64,000 nucleotides of DNA, from the NCBI RefSeq assembly GCF_964213995.1, contig NC_135822.1, forward strand, positions 1,240,001 to 1,304,000, read 5' to 3'. This DNA comes from Mustelus asterias. Lineage: Eukaryota. Shown one piece after another: positions 12,443 to 25,500 of this stretch (the first letter of the stretch is position 1; the number at the start of each line of letters is the position of its first letter). Made by a program: the position numbers and the translations under genes. The notes under the pieces are model-generated. The model made no database searches. It saw only the letters and a list, made by a program, of their open reading frames with translations, and was not told where the DNA came from.

Positions 12443-12569
12443 TTAACTCATGAATATCTATATCCTATATTCTGAAGTAAGGAACAAAAATGGAAAATTC
12501 TGCAAACACTCAGCAGGCCAATCAGCATCTGAGGAGGAATCCGAGAAATGTTTTTTTTAGCAACACTGT

Positions 12570-12643
12570 TCCGAAAGCTAGTGGCTTTTGCTACCAAATA
12601 AACCTGTTGGACTTTAACCTGGTGTTGTTAGACTTCTTACTGT
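12570..12643 (+). mobile_element. Penelope-like (family A) terminal fragment
   Basis: ccgaaagct...gctaccaaataaacctgttggactttaacctggtgttgtt matches 35390-35457. Confidence 0.8.
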
Positions 12644-14624
12644 ATTCAGAATGAAATGCAGAATAAAAACAAGACGACAAATACAGAAAGGACTATTGAA
12701 AGGGTGCATTAAGCTTTTGGGGACTTCAACAAATGAAGTTCTGTTATGACTTAATACATATACATACAGAGAATAAATGAGATTAATCATTTCCCTTCTA
12801 AAGTCAAAAATCCATTCTACGTCCACTTTCCCCTGGATCTTGATAACCACGAGAATTATCATTGACTGTGCTGCTTTGATAACATTTACCATAAAACACC
12901 AAACTGCAGAACTCCTTATCTGCCAAGATCAACCTTCCACCTCTTGTAACCACTAGAGAACACAAAGTTGATATCTAACTCTAAACAAGATGTGTAAATA
13001 TCATTGTTAACAAGGTTGTGTACAGTATCTGGGGATGGAAAATCCAAACCATGCATTTGGTAGAATAATTATTAGAAACTGGGAAAGGTCTAATTGGCTA
13101 ATCAAATTCATTCATTTTTAATGAGTCTCATCCCACCTTTCACCGTGTTGCACAACCCTTTCCCTCTCCAGAAATACGTTCCCATTGCCTCTGAAATCCT
13201 TCCCAACTGTTTACTTCTGAAACTTGATTCCTGTTGTCTATTGCATTTTCTTTTCTGGATTATTTTCAAAATGAGAAGGCAGTCAGGCAGAACTTTCTCT
13301 GGGGTGCATCTGCATTTGCTGCTGCTGATGTAATAATCAATTTATCGAGATCAGCTTTGAGAATTTCCTTTACGATCTTCAAACATTCTGTGATGCGAAG
13401 CCGATACATCTTCTCCACAAAAGGGACAAGCATGACTTCCTTCCTCATAACAAAATCAAGGACAATATCCTCCCTACGATTAGGCAACTACAACTGCCAA
13501 GAAAGCATGTTTAAGTGTTTCGTAACAGGAAAGACCTCTATCAGGTCAGACCTCAGCTTCCTCTTCCAGAATGTTCAATCTTTTTAAATATTTATAACCT
13601 CTCAGTTCTAGCAGATATTTTTTTTAATGTTTCTGTGCCTCAAATGTATGCACTGTACTCAAACTGTGGTCTGACCAATGTTCTCTACAGGTTTGACATA
13701 ACTTTCCAACTATTGGTAATATAAAAGCTAAATACTGTGGATGCTAGAAATCTGGAATAAAAACAAAAAACACTGAATATATTCATGAAGTCTGGTAGCA
13801 TCTGGAGAGAGAGAAACATTTCAGGTTATAGCCTGTCATTGTAACTGATGTTCCCTGGCACTTAATTCTATTCTTCTAGAATAATGTAAAGTAAATGCAT
13901 CCCGAATAATGGATTTCGTAATAATCTCTGGAAATGGTGCAAATTCCATAGATTAATCAGATTTTTAAAATCGCCTTGGAAATCTTCCATGCAAATTACA
14001 TATCAAGTGAGTTTGAGCAGCCTCGCTACAGCACAGAATTCCTGCCATTTCTTATGTCTTCCCATTGGATTTCTTTATTAATCTCACCCTTTGATTTTCG
14101 TATCTTAGTCTCAGCACACATCTATTTATATTCTTATTCTGTGTGTCACAATAATTATATTTCATTTATAATATAGCACTGAGTACTGATGGTCAATGTG
14201 GAATGCCACAGGAGATAAACTAACATTTTCAAGAATAAGATTTGCAAAAAGTAGTTCTCAAAGTTTTTTTTAAGGTAAGAAAATACAAGTGGAATAATGA
14301 ATAAAATTTTGGAATTAGAGATATGTACAAAATTATCACTCTTTAGAAATGTGGCTGCATGCATAAGATGGACAGGAAATGGGGTTAAGAGATGGGACAA
14401 CAATATATCCAAAGGAATGATATTGTGAGTGATGGGGAAATCAATATGAGCTGACATTACTGTGTATTTTATTCTTTCATGGGATTGTCACTGGCTGGGT
14501 CAACATTGTTATCCACCCCTTATTGCCCTTCAGATGGTGGTGCTGTTAAGGCCACTCAAATCCTGCTAGCTGTTTCAATTGGTTCTGCAGTCAGCTCCCA
14601 ACATTCCTGTTTTGTTACAATGCC

Positions 14625-14673
14625 ATGATGTGGAGATGCCAGCGTTAACCAGGTGTTGTTAAAACTCTTACTG
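14625..14673. mobile_element. Penelope-like (family A) 49-bp fold-back micro-insertion
   Basis: Two pieces from opposite strands, with a perfect 13-bp TSD TTGTTACAATGCC (14612-14624, 14674-14686). Confidence 0.8.
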
Positions 14674-15358
14674 TTGTTACAATGCCCACAGACACTGGTA
14701 ACTTTTTTTAAGAATTGAATCTCCCAGCAGCCGCCAGAAATTACTGAATTACACACCTTAAGACTTTTACAAACTAAAGTCAACATAATCTAACGTTCTT
14801 AACAGACAAGGAATGCACCAAAATACAGAATTGGTATTTCCATATTAACTAATTAACACAATTGAAAAACCTCTTACAACTCCTTTTACTGTGCACTGCC
14901 CTCTGGCAGCTGTGTAATACCAGATCAAGTTGCAAGTTACTCTCAGCTTTGCGGTAAGATCACTTCTTTCTCCAAGTTAGTACCAGGTTGCAGCATCCTT
15001 GGAAAATTGCTCAACTCAGTGTGAGAATTCCGAAACCAACTTTCACCAATAGGACCCACCTCAGTGACTCCTTAAACGTCCAAATGTCTGTCCCCTTTGT
15101 CTCGAACAGAAAAGCAACGTTTACAAACATTCTGCTGGTTGTTAACAGGGCAGCGGTTCACTGCAGTCTCTGCTTGGTTCCTCTCTCCAGATTCCATTCT
15201 TTATTCCAGTTCTGTTCTCTGTGTGGGGAAACTCTCACTCGCTTCTCAATAGGTATCCCGTCGGGTTCCTTTCCCAATAACAAGGGACCAATTCTCCGAC
15301 AGAGGTTTGGTATACCTGTCACCCCACCCTCTCCAGACAGTCTGTTTCACAGAATCTT

Positions 15359-15509
15359 GATGTGGAGATGCCGGCGTTGGACTGGGGTAAATACAGTAAG
15401 AGTTTTAACAACACCAGGTTAAAGTCCTGCAGGAGGCAAGCTGTGGGGGCATTTGCTACCAAATAAACCTGTTGGACTTTAACCTGGTGTTGTTAAAACT
15501 CTTACTGTG
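15359..15509. mobile_element. Penelope-like (family A) fold-back micro-insertion
   Basis: Inverted termini, with a perfect 13-bp TSD TTCACAGAATCTT (15346-15358, 15510-15522). Confidence 0.85.
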
Positions 15510-16147
15510 TTCACAGAATCTTCACAGGGCAGGAGGGGGCCATTCGGCCCGTCCACCTGTACTAATTACATTAATTGAGACATTTTTAAAACATATAAAA
15601 TCCAAAGTTCGTCGCAGTTTAAACTCGGCAGCCATTCTCTAAACGGAATGAACAGATGCTGAGAGATGCAGACAGAAGCATGGCCACCATTCTTTGGATT
15701 CAGTTTCAGAGGAAGCGGTTGGGGGGAGAGTGGCTGAATTCTCAGCGCCAATTACCCCCTCCCAGGGCCATTCCTCTTCACCAATGAGAAACAAAGCTGC
15801 CGCAAGATTATGTCTCTCCAGGCAGTGTGGGTGGGGACAAGATCCTCCCCTGAACATCCACCCGCCCCGCATTCACCGATTTACAAAGAAACCCACCTGA
15901 GGAGTTCAGACACTGAAATAAAGCGTCGCCCAGTGTCCTCAGCCTGAACTGCAAACAGCCTGTGAACAAACTCTGGATTAACTGTGACATTTCTGCTCAT
16001 TCCCATTGGGACCTCCCCAAATCTCTGCTTTAATGTTGTTAACAGCTGTAACATAGCCAGGCTTTACAACATCTCCCCTGGGTATCCAACGTACACTAGA
16101 CATTTGGGACATTTCAGCGGCATGTGTCCGTGTGTCCCCCACCAATA

Positions 16148-16920
16148 CAAACATAGAAACTCGAAGCAGGAGGAGGCAATTCAGCCCTTCGAGCCTGCTC
16201 CGCCATTCATTTTGATCATGGCTGATCATCCAATTCAAAGCCTGACACCATATAACTTTGATTTCTTTAGCCCCTAGAGCTATATCTAATTTCTCCGAGA
16301 AATCAGACAATGTTTTGGCCTCAACTCCTTTCTGTGGTAATGAATTCCACACATTCACCACCCACTGGGTGAAGAAATTTCTTCTCACCTCTGTTCTAAA
16401 AAGTTTACCCCTTATCCTCAAAACTATGACTCATAGTTTGGACTTCCCTACAATTGGGAACATTCTTTCTGAATCTACCCTGTCTAACCCTGTTAGAATT
16501 TTATAAGTTTCTATGGGATCCCCTCTCACTCTTCTAAACTCCGGTGAATATAATCCTAACCAACTTAGTCTCTCCTCATATGACAGACCTGCCATCCCAG
16601 GAATCAGCCTGGTAAACCTTCATTGTATGCCCTCTGTAGCAAGGACATCCTCCCTCAGATAAGGACACCAAAACTGCACACATTACTCCAGGTATAGTCC
16701 AACCAATGCCCTATACAATTGCAGCAAAACATCCCTATCCCTATACTCAAATCTTCTCGCTATGATGGCCAACATACTATTTGCCTTCTTTACTGCCTGC
16801 TGTACCTGCATTCTTACTTTCAGCGACTGATGCATGAGGACACCAAGGTCTCGCTGAGTAACCACCTCTCTCAATTTACACCCATTCAAGTAATAATCTG
16901 TCTTCCTATTATTGCCACAA
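16148..16920 (-). mobile_element. CR1 LINE 3' fragment
   Basis: QRDLGVL...QAVKKANSMLA..., RRNFFTQ.VVNVWNSLP, and a CR1 tail. Confidence 0.9.
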
Positions 16921-17499
16921 AATCTTTACCCTGCCTCTCCCTCAGTATATACTGATTACAGTTCTTCCAGACACAACATGAAATGCTGCTTTCTATCTCT
17001 GGGAGTAATTAGTTGCTTATCCATTGAGACAGTGTGAGACATGGGTCTGAGTGAAATTAATTCTCTGCTGCTGGTCATCAGACAGATGCCAAATTTAAAA
17101 GCTCTAAGCCAACACACTAACATTCCCATCCAATAAAACTGTGATTTTAAGACCATAAAATACAGGAGCAGAATTAGGCCATTCAGCCCATTAAGTTTAT
17201 CAAAGATAAATGTTTAGGTCTTGCACTAATCACAATCATTTTGATTAACTTTAACAGTTAAATTTACTGGGAGTTTAAGTAATATTTACTTGTTGAGTGC
17301 ACTGTACACTCAGTGAATATTTTAATTATTTTTCAGTCTGTCCATGTACAGCAGAAATAGTGAATGTCAAAGGTTAGAGATGAATGGAGAGAAGAGCATA
17401 GTGATGTGGGAAATGAAGGTCAGGGAGTGGCAAGAAGGGAGAGAGAAAATACTGAAGAGTGAACACAAAATCATGACTATTTGGTGCAAAGGTAGCAAA

Positions 17500-18740
17500 A
17501 AGATTAAACTGAAGGCTTTGTATCTAAATGTGCATTGCTTTCATAACCAAGTGATCCATTGACAGTGCACATTGAGGTAAATATGATCTGATAGCTATTA
17601 CAGAGACATGGCAACAGAATGACAAGGATTGGCTCCTGAATTTTGAGGGCTATATTAGATTCCAGAATAGGAAACTCAGTAAAAGGTGCAGGGGTGGCAT
17701 TGTTAATCAGCAATGGCAATGGTGCAATAGTTAGTGATAACCATGGTTCAGGAGATCAGGATGTGTTATCAGTTTGGGTGGATATGAGGAAAAGTACGTG
17801 AAATAAGTCACAAATGGGAGTGGTTTACAGGCTCCCCAACAGTAACCACAATTTAGGACAAAGTACACAAGAAGAAATATTGGGCGTTTGTGATACAGGG
17901 ATGGCAATAACAATGAGTGACTTAATCTACATATAAACTGGAAGAATCAGATTGGATAAGGAGTTCTCAGAACGCTTTTGAGGTAGCTTCCTAGAACAGC
18001 ACATTCTGGAAACAACCAGGGTACAGGTTATATTAGAATTAATATTGTGTAATGTGACAAAATTAATTCATGACCTCAGAGTAGGCATTCTTATGTAGCA
18101 GCAGCCACAATATAAGTGGGCCTAAGACTAGTATTTTAAACTTAAGTAAGCACAACTATGTGGGCATAAAACTGAGCTGTCGTGAACTGGGATGCTAAGC
18201 TAGGGGATGGATCTATAGAGAAGCAATGTCAGACATTTAAGGGGATATTTCATAATACTCAGAATAAGTATATTCCTACCATAAAGAAAAATTCTACAAG
18301 GAGTCACCATCCTTGGTTAATTAAAGTTAAGGTAAGCATCAAACTGGAGGGAAAAAATATATAATTGTGCAAAAATGAGTAGCAGGTCGAATGCTTGGTT
18401 AGAGTTAAAACAAAACAGAGAATGTCTAAAAGGTTAATCAGGAGAAATAAACTAGGATATGAGAGAAAGGTAGCTGGGAATATAAAAACAGATAGCAAGA
18501 GTTTCTACAGATATTTAAATAGAGAAACAACAAGTAAAGAGAATCCCTACAGTGCAAGAATGACAATGGGGAGTTAATAGTAGATAAGGAAATGACAGAT
18601 AAAAAGAACGATTATTTTGCTTGTTTTCACTATAGAGGATACAAGAAATATTCCAGTATTGGTGTAAATTGGAAGATGTGGCTGAGACTGGAACTTGGTG
18701 AAATCACTAGGGAAGTGGTACTGAGCAAACTGATGGATTC
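17500..18740 (+). mobile_element. Decayed CR1 ORF2 5' region (APE endonuclease/linker)
   Basis: Degenerate LKALYLN, IAITETW, GVVYR.P and NIKTDSKSFYRY motifs with many stops. Confidence 0.7.
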
Positions 18741-18765
18741 CAGCCGTGGGAAACTTTTTCCTCGT

Positions 18766-19003
18766 GACTGTGTGGGTTTCCTCCGGGTGCTCCAGTTTCC
18801 TCCCACAGTCCAAAGATGTGCAGGCGAGGTGGATTGGCCGTGGTAAAATGCCCCATAGTGTCCAAAGATATGTAGGTTAGGGGGATTAGTGGGGTAAAAT
18901 ATGTAGGGTTAGAGGGATAGGATCTGGGTGGGGTACTTTTCAGAGTGTTGGTGCAGACTTCATGGGCCAAATGGCCTCTTTCTGCATTAGAAGGATTCTA
19001 TGA
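18766..19003 (+). mobile_element. V-SINE (HE1-like), 5' truncated, CR1-type tail
   Basis: V-SINE core plus the tail gggccaaatggcctc...ttctatg. Confidence 0.8.
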
Positions 19004-19384
19004 ATAGACCCTTGGTTCCCTTCACATTCCAGTATGCAAGGCTGGGCTTGTTTCCACTGGAGTTTAGGAGGGGTGACTTGATTTAAATATTTATGATACT
19101 GAATGATCTCGACAAGGTGGACACAGAAGTGATGTTCCCTCTTGTAGGTAATTCCAGAACTAGGAGACACTATTTTAAAATTAGGGGATGCCGTTATAGG
19201 ACAGAGATGATGAGATTGTTTTCCTCTCAGAGTTGTTTGACATTGGAACTCTGTCTCAGAAGGCGATAGAAATGGTGACACTAAATATTTTAAAAGCGGA
19301 GGTAGATAGATTCTTGTTAGACAAGCAAATAAAAGGTTATCAGAGGGTGGGAAATTTAGAACTCAACACAGATGAGCACCCCAT

Positions 19385-19600
19385 TCTCTCTTCCACCTTC
19401 TTCTGTCGGGAAAAAGATGCAAAAGTCTGAGGTTACGTACCAACTGACTCAAGAACAGCTTCTTCCCTGCTGCCATCAGACTTTTGAATGGACCTACCAT
19501 ATATTAAGCTGCTCTCTCTCTACACCCTAGCTATGACTGTAACATTACATTCTGCACTCTCTCCTTCCCTTCCGAGTACGGTATGTTTTGTCTGTATAGT
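19385..19600 (+). mobile_element. Rex1/Babar-type LINE 3' fragment
   Basis: Degenerate C-terminus LFHLL.SGKR..SLR.RTN.LKNSFFPAAIRLLN. The 3' UTR is shared with 30058-30182. Confidence 0.6.
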
Positions 19601-20084
19601 ATTGGATGGTCTAATCCTACTTCTGGTGCTCTCATGTTCTTCCTATAACAGTAGCGGAATTCAGGTTCACAATATACAGGGAAAGCTAGTTTCCACTTTA
19701 ACCCAGAATTTTCTCAAGTGTTTAAATATGCTGATTTGTCAAGTTGCTAATGGGAGGAAAGGTATTGGAATAATTTTGGCATTCTCAATGTAATAAAAGG
19801 AAATTATATTTTTCCAAGTTCAAATTCAGAAAAGGTCTTGATTGAAACAGATGGATAAAAGTGAATTAATCTGAGTGGTTGGAAGTCGCAGCAATATCAT
19901 GTTCCTCTAAGTTACATTTAAACATCACTGAGGCTGGATATTATTGAGTAAAACAGCAACATGCACAATGAAGATTTTAAGTAAAAGGTAAATAAGAATG
20001 AAATGCAACAGTGAGTTAAAGGTAAATTAAATTTTAAGAGGATGATCAAAGAGTTAAGTTTCACAATGAGCGTCATATGCTTTT

Positions 20085-20342
20085 CATAGAATCCCTACAG
20101 TGCAGAAGAGGCCATTTGGCCCATCAAGTCTGCACCAACTCTCTGACAGAGTATTTTACCCAGGCCCTACCCCTGTAATCCCACACATTTACCATGGCCA
20201 ATCTACCTAACCAGCATGTCTTTCGGACTGTGGGAGGAAACTGGAGCACCCGGAGGAAACCCACGCAGACATGGGGAGAACGTGCAAACTCCACACAGTC
20301 AACCAAGGCCAGAATTGAACCTGGGTCCCTGGAACTGAGGCA
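20085..20342 (-). mobile_element. V-SINE (HE1-like)
   Basis: Reverse-complement V-SINE core and catagaatc tail. Confidence 0.85.
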
Positions 20343-20749
20343 ACCTCTTCACCCCAGTAAACAGGTCACCAAACAAACAGTCACAGCTTTCAATCTGCTG
20401 ACAAGCCGGGTAGCTGGCTCGAGCTGCTAGTCACATGGTTCCCACAACCCAAATCAAGAGGCTGAGCACTCTTTATAAAGAGTGGATCACTACACTGCAC
20501 TTTACGTAATATGGAATCAATAGGTAAACTTTGCCATAACCTTAGGTCTGAAGAAAAAGATATTTTCATGCTAGTTATTGTATCAGCACGTCCCCTATAT
20601 CCCATTCACCTCAAATGCATGTGCATCAAAAACCCACCTATTTCAACAAAGGCAATCCCAGTCCCAATCGCCTGGCACTTGGTATCAAATACCTACCATT
20701 TGTCAGCACCAAAATAAAATTTGGCATCAATGTTTTTAAATGCCTAATA

Positions 20750-20895
20750 AGAACAAAGAACAAAGAACAGTACAGCACAGGAAACAGGCCCTTCGGCCCT
20801 CCAAGCCTGTGCCGCTCCTTGGTCCAACTAGACCAATCGTTTGTATCCCTCCATTCCCAGGCTGCTCATGTGACTATCCAGGTAAGTCTTAAAGG
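20750..20895 (-). mobile_element. CR1 3' tail, heavily 5'-truncated, fused to the TAF10 exon copy
   Basis: (aagaaca)n tail and aggcccttcggccctccaag, similar to the tails at 62888-63010 and 25500-25565. Confidence 0.85.
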
Positions 20896-21106
20896 TCATA
20901 TTGTGTGAAAGGCATTCGGAGCTGACACTGTACAGCAGTTGTTGGATGTTAACAATAGTCACTAGTTAGCTGATGAAGATATTTCCAGCTCTTTATGTAA
21001 AGTAATGAGGTTTCTTCACGTTTATACCATATTCAGTGAGAGCAGGAATTAAATCCTCCATGGTGAGGGTGTACTTTTTGTCCTAAAAACAACAGAATGC
21101 ATTTAA
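20896..21106 (-). pseudogene. TAF10: Duplicate of the TAF10 terminal exon (acceptor, 90-nt CDS at 20993-21082, 97 nt of 3' UTR)
   Basis: 211 bp with no visible mismatch to 22404-22614 (offset 1508 bp). Confidence 0.9.
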
Positions 21107-21339
21107 TACTATTAAAGGCTTAAAAAAAAAAAAATTTACATTAGTAGGTCACAACAGAAGACGGTTAGACCAATTGTGTCCCCCACTTGATCCCAATCAG
21201 GAAGCAGATCAGCAGCTCAGAGGAAGTGAAACTGAAATCCTGTTTAATTCAACAAACTACCAAAAATGAGAATTTCCCCACCCGCAAGATGTCATAGCTT
21301 TTAGATCAATAATTCTGGCAAAACACAAAATTAGGTAAA

Positions 21340-21345
21340 TTTATT
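21340..21345 (-). terminator. Candidate TAF10 polyadenylation signal
   Basis: First AATAAA noticed on the minus strand after the stop, followed by a T/GT-rich tract. Confidence 0.45.
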
Positions 21346-22500
21346 GTAAGAATTGGACATTTATAGAATGGAGGAATCTTTCTTAATTCAAGACTGCAAA
21401 TCAAAGTAAATTTGCAGTTGTGACTAAACATTTTTAAATGTAATAAGCCCTTACTCCTAAAAGGAGCAAAACCACTCACTCACTGAACTCATATAAAGGT
21501 TCCCGAAAGCTGTCAGAAATGCTATGGTAAAACAGATAGAGAATCCAAGGCAGTTAAAAGACAAATCTAATGGTTACCTGAACTTATAGAAAATGATAGA
21601 AATTAAACTTCTAAGCTTTAAAAAAGTGAGACCAATTTAAACAAAGATTAGATCAACTAATTTCATTTAAAAGATCCCAATTTTAAAGAAATGGTAATTA
21701 TTTGGTGGACCTTGTTTTAGAGAATCAGATATAACCGAGTAGAACAAGTTTAAATCCATACACCTGTTCTGATCAATAATCTGAAGCTGCAGTTTCAAAT
21801 TAAATAATAAACTTTAAGCAAGAACTTCAAATGATCTTATTCTCTCATGGGCCTAACTTTTTTTCCTTCCAGGTTAGTTTAAATGAGCTGGAATATCTGA
21901 TGTTAAAGAAAAGCAGAAGCTGGCTTGGAATTTTTTCCAAATACAAGGGAAGGTTGGCTAATTTCTCCTCAAAGAAAATAAGTTCACTACACTTTTGTTT
22001 TTAAAACAAGAACAGATTTACAATTTGAAATGCACCATATGAAAAGCATGCAACTCCACTTGAAAATAATGTGGCTATCCTCTTACTGGCTGCTAACCCT
22101 AGCTTGCTACATTTGAAAAACTATTATACAGAACATTTCCTAAAGGTGATAATTTTCCAGCTTAAGTTCTAACTGATCCTGAACAGGTTTACAGAAATGA
22201 GACAATATCTTCAAAACCCATTGTATACAGATCAAAAATTTTTTTCAAACCTATCATCACAAGTAATAATTCAAAAGGAAATGCGAGAATCAGTGAATAA
22301 TGAAGCCCTCCAAACGATGATCAAATGTTGGATGCAGATTCGGAACCACTTTCGAGCTCGTCAAATCGGAAAACTCAACTTGTGGCATATTTCTTTTCCA
22401 CCATCATATTGTGTGAAAGGCATTCGGAGCTGACACTGTACAGCAGTTGTTGGATGTTAACAATAGTCACTAGTTAGCTGATGAAGATATTTCCAGCTCT

Positions 22501-22590
22501 TTATGTAAAGTAATGAGGTTTCTTCACGTTTATACCATATTCAGTGAGAGCAGGAATTAAATCCTCCATGGTGAGGGTGTACTTTTTGTC
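22501..22590 (-). CDS. TAF10: TAF10 exon 5
   Basis: ttttag|DKKYTLTMEDLIPALTEYGINVKKPHYFT*. Confidence 0.93.
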   Translation of the reverse strand, partial: DKKYTLTMEDLIPALTEYGINVKKPHYFT

Positions 22591-25500
22591 CTAAAAACAA
22601 CAGAATGCATTTAAACAATGACATTGAAAGCAGAAAGTAACAGCTTAGAATACATATCTCCAAGTCCAAATTTCAACCATCTACAAATAAAAAATACTTG
22701 GATGTTTTTTCTTTCACTTGCTCCGTTAAGACCAGACAAAATAGAAACTAATTCTGGGAACCAAAAGATATCTTCAAGGGGATATTGAAAACATTTTGGA
22801 ATGGACAAAAGTGGCAGTTAATGGAACTCAACAACTGCCATTGTGGAGTGGTTATATTATCAGTTCATGGTTAGTTAGCTCAGTTGGCTAGATATTTAGT
22901 GTGTGGTTCAGAATAACACCAATAGAGCAGGTTTGATACCTCAGCTGCAATGAGAAGACTTGGACCTGCCTCTTCACCAACCCCGAGAGTGGAAGGCAAT
23001 GGCAAACCATTGCTGATAAAACCCACAAAGGGAACAGCTCAGGCTGAAGCATTAATAGACAATGAGTCAAGGACCTGCCTTCAGGCTGAGCACACTAGTG
23101 TGAAATGATTCATTTTGGTAGGAAGAACATAGACTATATAAAATAATGAGCAGAGTTCTGATGGGAGTGCAGGAGCAGAGTGCGTGCAAATATGCAGAAA
23201 TCAATGAAGGTGACAGGACAGGTTGAAACTGTGGGTAAAGTACACATATCCTTCTTGAGTTTTTTGCCCAAAGGCAGGTCCTTGGTGATTATTTACTGAA
23301 GTGTAGCAAGCACCACAACTTTTACTATGGGTAGGGCAAGGCGGCCCAGTATCTACCTCAACTGGAATGGGAATCTAACCCAGTGCTGTTGGCATGAATC
23401 CAATCTGCATTCTAGCCCACCGAGCTAAAGGAAAACCTAGGCTTGATTTAGTGCAGCATAAAGTATGTTAAAGTTGCACAGAACACTGGTTCAGCCTATC
23501 TTGGGTCTGGGTGACATACTTGTGATCAATGACATCTGTCTGATTTCCCTCCTGTTTTAGGATGCTTTGTACCTGCTCATAGACATTATACTGGAGTCCC
23601 TTTCGCAGCCACAGAAGCACCTATCTGTGCACCTGACTATTGAATCTCCTGCCACTATTGCTTTGGCCACTGCTGTTGCTGTCCCCTGATGGATATTCCT
23701 CATCAGTATCCAAAACGACATACTTGTCAGATAAGGGGACAACCATAGAAGACCTCTGCACTGGCTGCCTACTCCATCTGGCGATCACCCATCTATCTTC
23801 CTGCACCGAAGGATGTGGGTGAGATCCTTAATGAATACTTTGCATTGGTATTCACAAAGGAGAGGGACATGTTGATTGATGGAGTTTCGGAGGGATATGT
23901 AAACCCTCTAGAGCAAGTCATTACGAGGGACAAAGTGTTAGGTGAATTAAAAGGCATTAAGGTAGACAAATCCCCAGAACCAGATGGCATCTATCCCAGA
24001 TTACTGAGGGAGACAAGCGAGGAAATTGCTGGGCCTCTAACAGAAATCTTTGTTTCCTCGTTGGCCACTGGTGAGGTCAGTAAGAAGTCTTACAACACCA
24101 GGTTAAACACTGGTGAGGTCCCAGAGGATTGGAGGATAGCCAATGTTGTCCCTTTATTTAAGAAGGGTAGCAAGGATAACCTGGGTCATTATAGGCCAGT
24201 GAGCTTGATATCAGTGATAGTGAAATTGTTGGAGAAGATTCTTAGAGATAGGATCTATGCACATTTGGAACTGAATGGTCTTATTAGCGACAGACAACAT
24301 GGTTTTGTATGAGGGAGGTCATGTCTCACTAATTTAATTGAGTTTTTTCAGGTGACAAAAATGATTGATGAGGGAAGGGCTGTGGATGTTGTCTACCTGG
24401 ACTTTAGTAAAGCATTTGGCAAGGTCCCTCATGGCAGGTTGGTGCAAAAGGATAAATCACACGAGATCAAGGGTGAACTAGCTAGATGGATTCAGAACTG
24501 GCTTGGCCATAGAAGACAGAGGGTAGCGGTGGAAGGGTGTTTTTCTGAATGGAGGTCTGTAACTAGTGGTGTTCCACAGGGATCAGTGCTGGGACCTCAT
24601 ATATATATATAAAAAATATATTATATATAAAAATGACTTGGAACAAAAAACGTAGCTGGTTTGATTAGCAAGTTTGCGGATGATACTAAGACCGCTGGAG
24701 TTGCAGATAGTGATGCAGATTGTCAGGGAATACAGCAGGATATAGACAGGCTGGAAAATTGGACGGAGAAATGGCAGATGGAATTTAATCTGGACAAATG
24801 AGAGGTAGATTCAATTCAGGTGGGAGCTATAAAATAAATGGCAGAACCATCAGGAGCATAGACACACAGAGAGATCTGGGAGTACAGGTCCACAGGTCCA
24901 TAAAAGTGGTAGCACAGGTGGAAAAGGTGGTGAAGAAAGCATATGGCATGCTTGCCTTCATCGGATGGGGCATCGAATATAAAGTTGGCAAATTATGTTA
25001 CAGTTGTATAAAACATTGGTGAGGCCACATTTGGAATACTGTGTCCAATTCTGGTCACCACACTACCAGAAGGATGTGGAAGCTTTGGAGAGAGTACAGA
25101 AAAGGTTTAGCAGGATGTTGCCTGGTATGGAGGGTATTAGCTATGAGGAGAGATTGAATAAACTGGGGTTGTTCTCCCTGGAAAGACGGAGGCTGAGGGG
25201 CGACCTGAAAGAAGGTTATAAAAGTATGAGGGACATAGACAGAGTGAACAGTTGGAAGCTTTTCCCCAGGGCAGAAATGACAATTACAAGGGGCCACAAG
25301 TTCAAGGTAAGGGGGGAAAGGTTCAATATAGAAGTGCGGGGGGGAGCTTTTTTTTCCAGGCCCCCACCACCCTCACAGAGGGTGGTGGGGCCTGGAATGC
25401 ATTGGCAAATGAGGTGGTTGAGGCAGTTGCGTGAGCGACATTTAAGACTAATCTGGATAGGCACGGGAAATAGAGGGATACAGGCTGTTGGTCCAGATAG

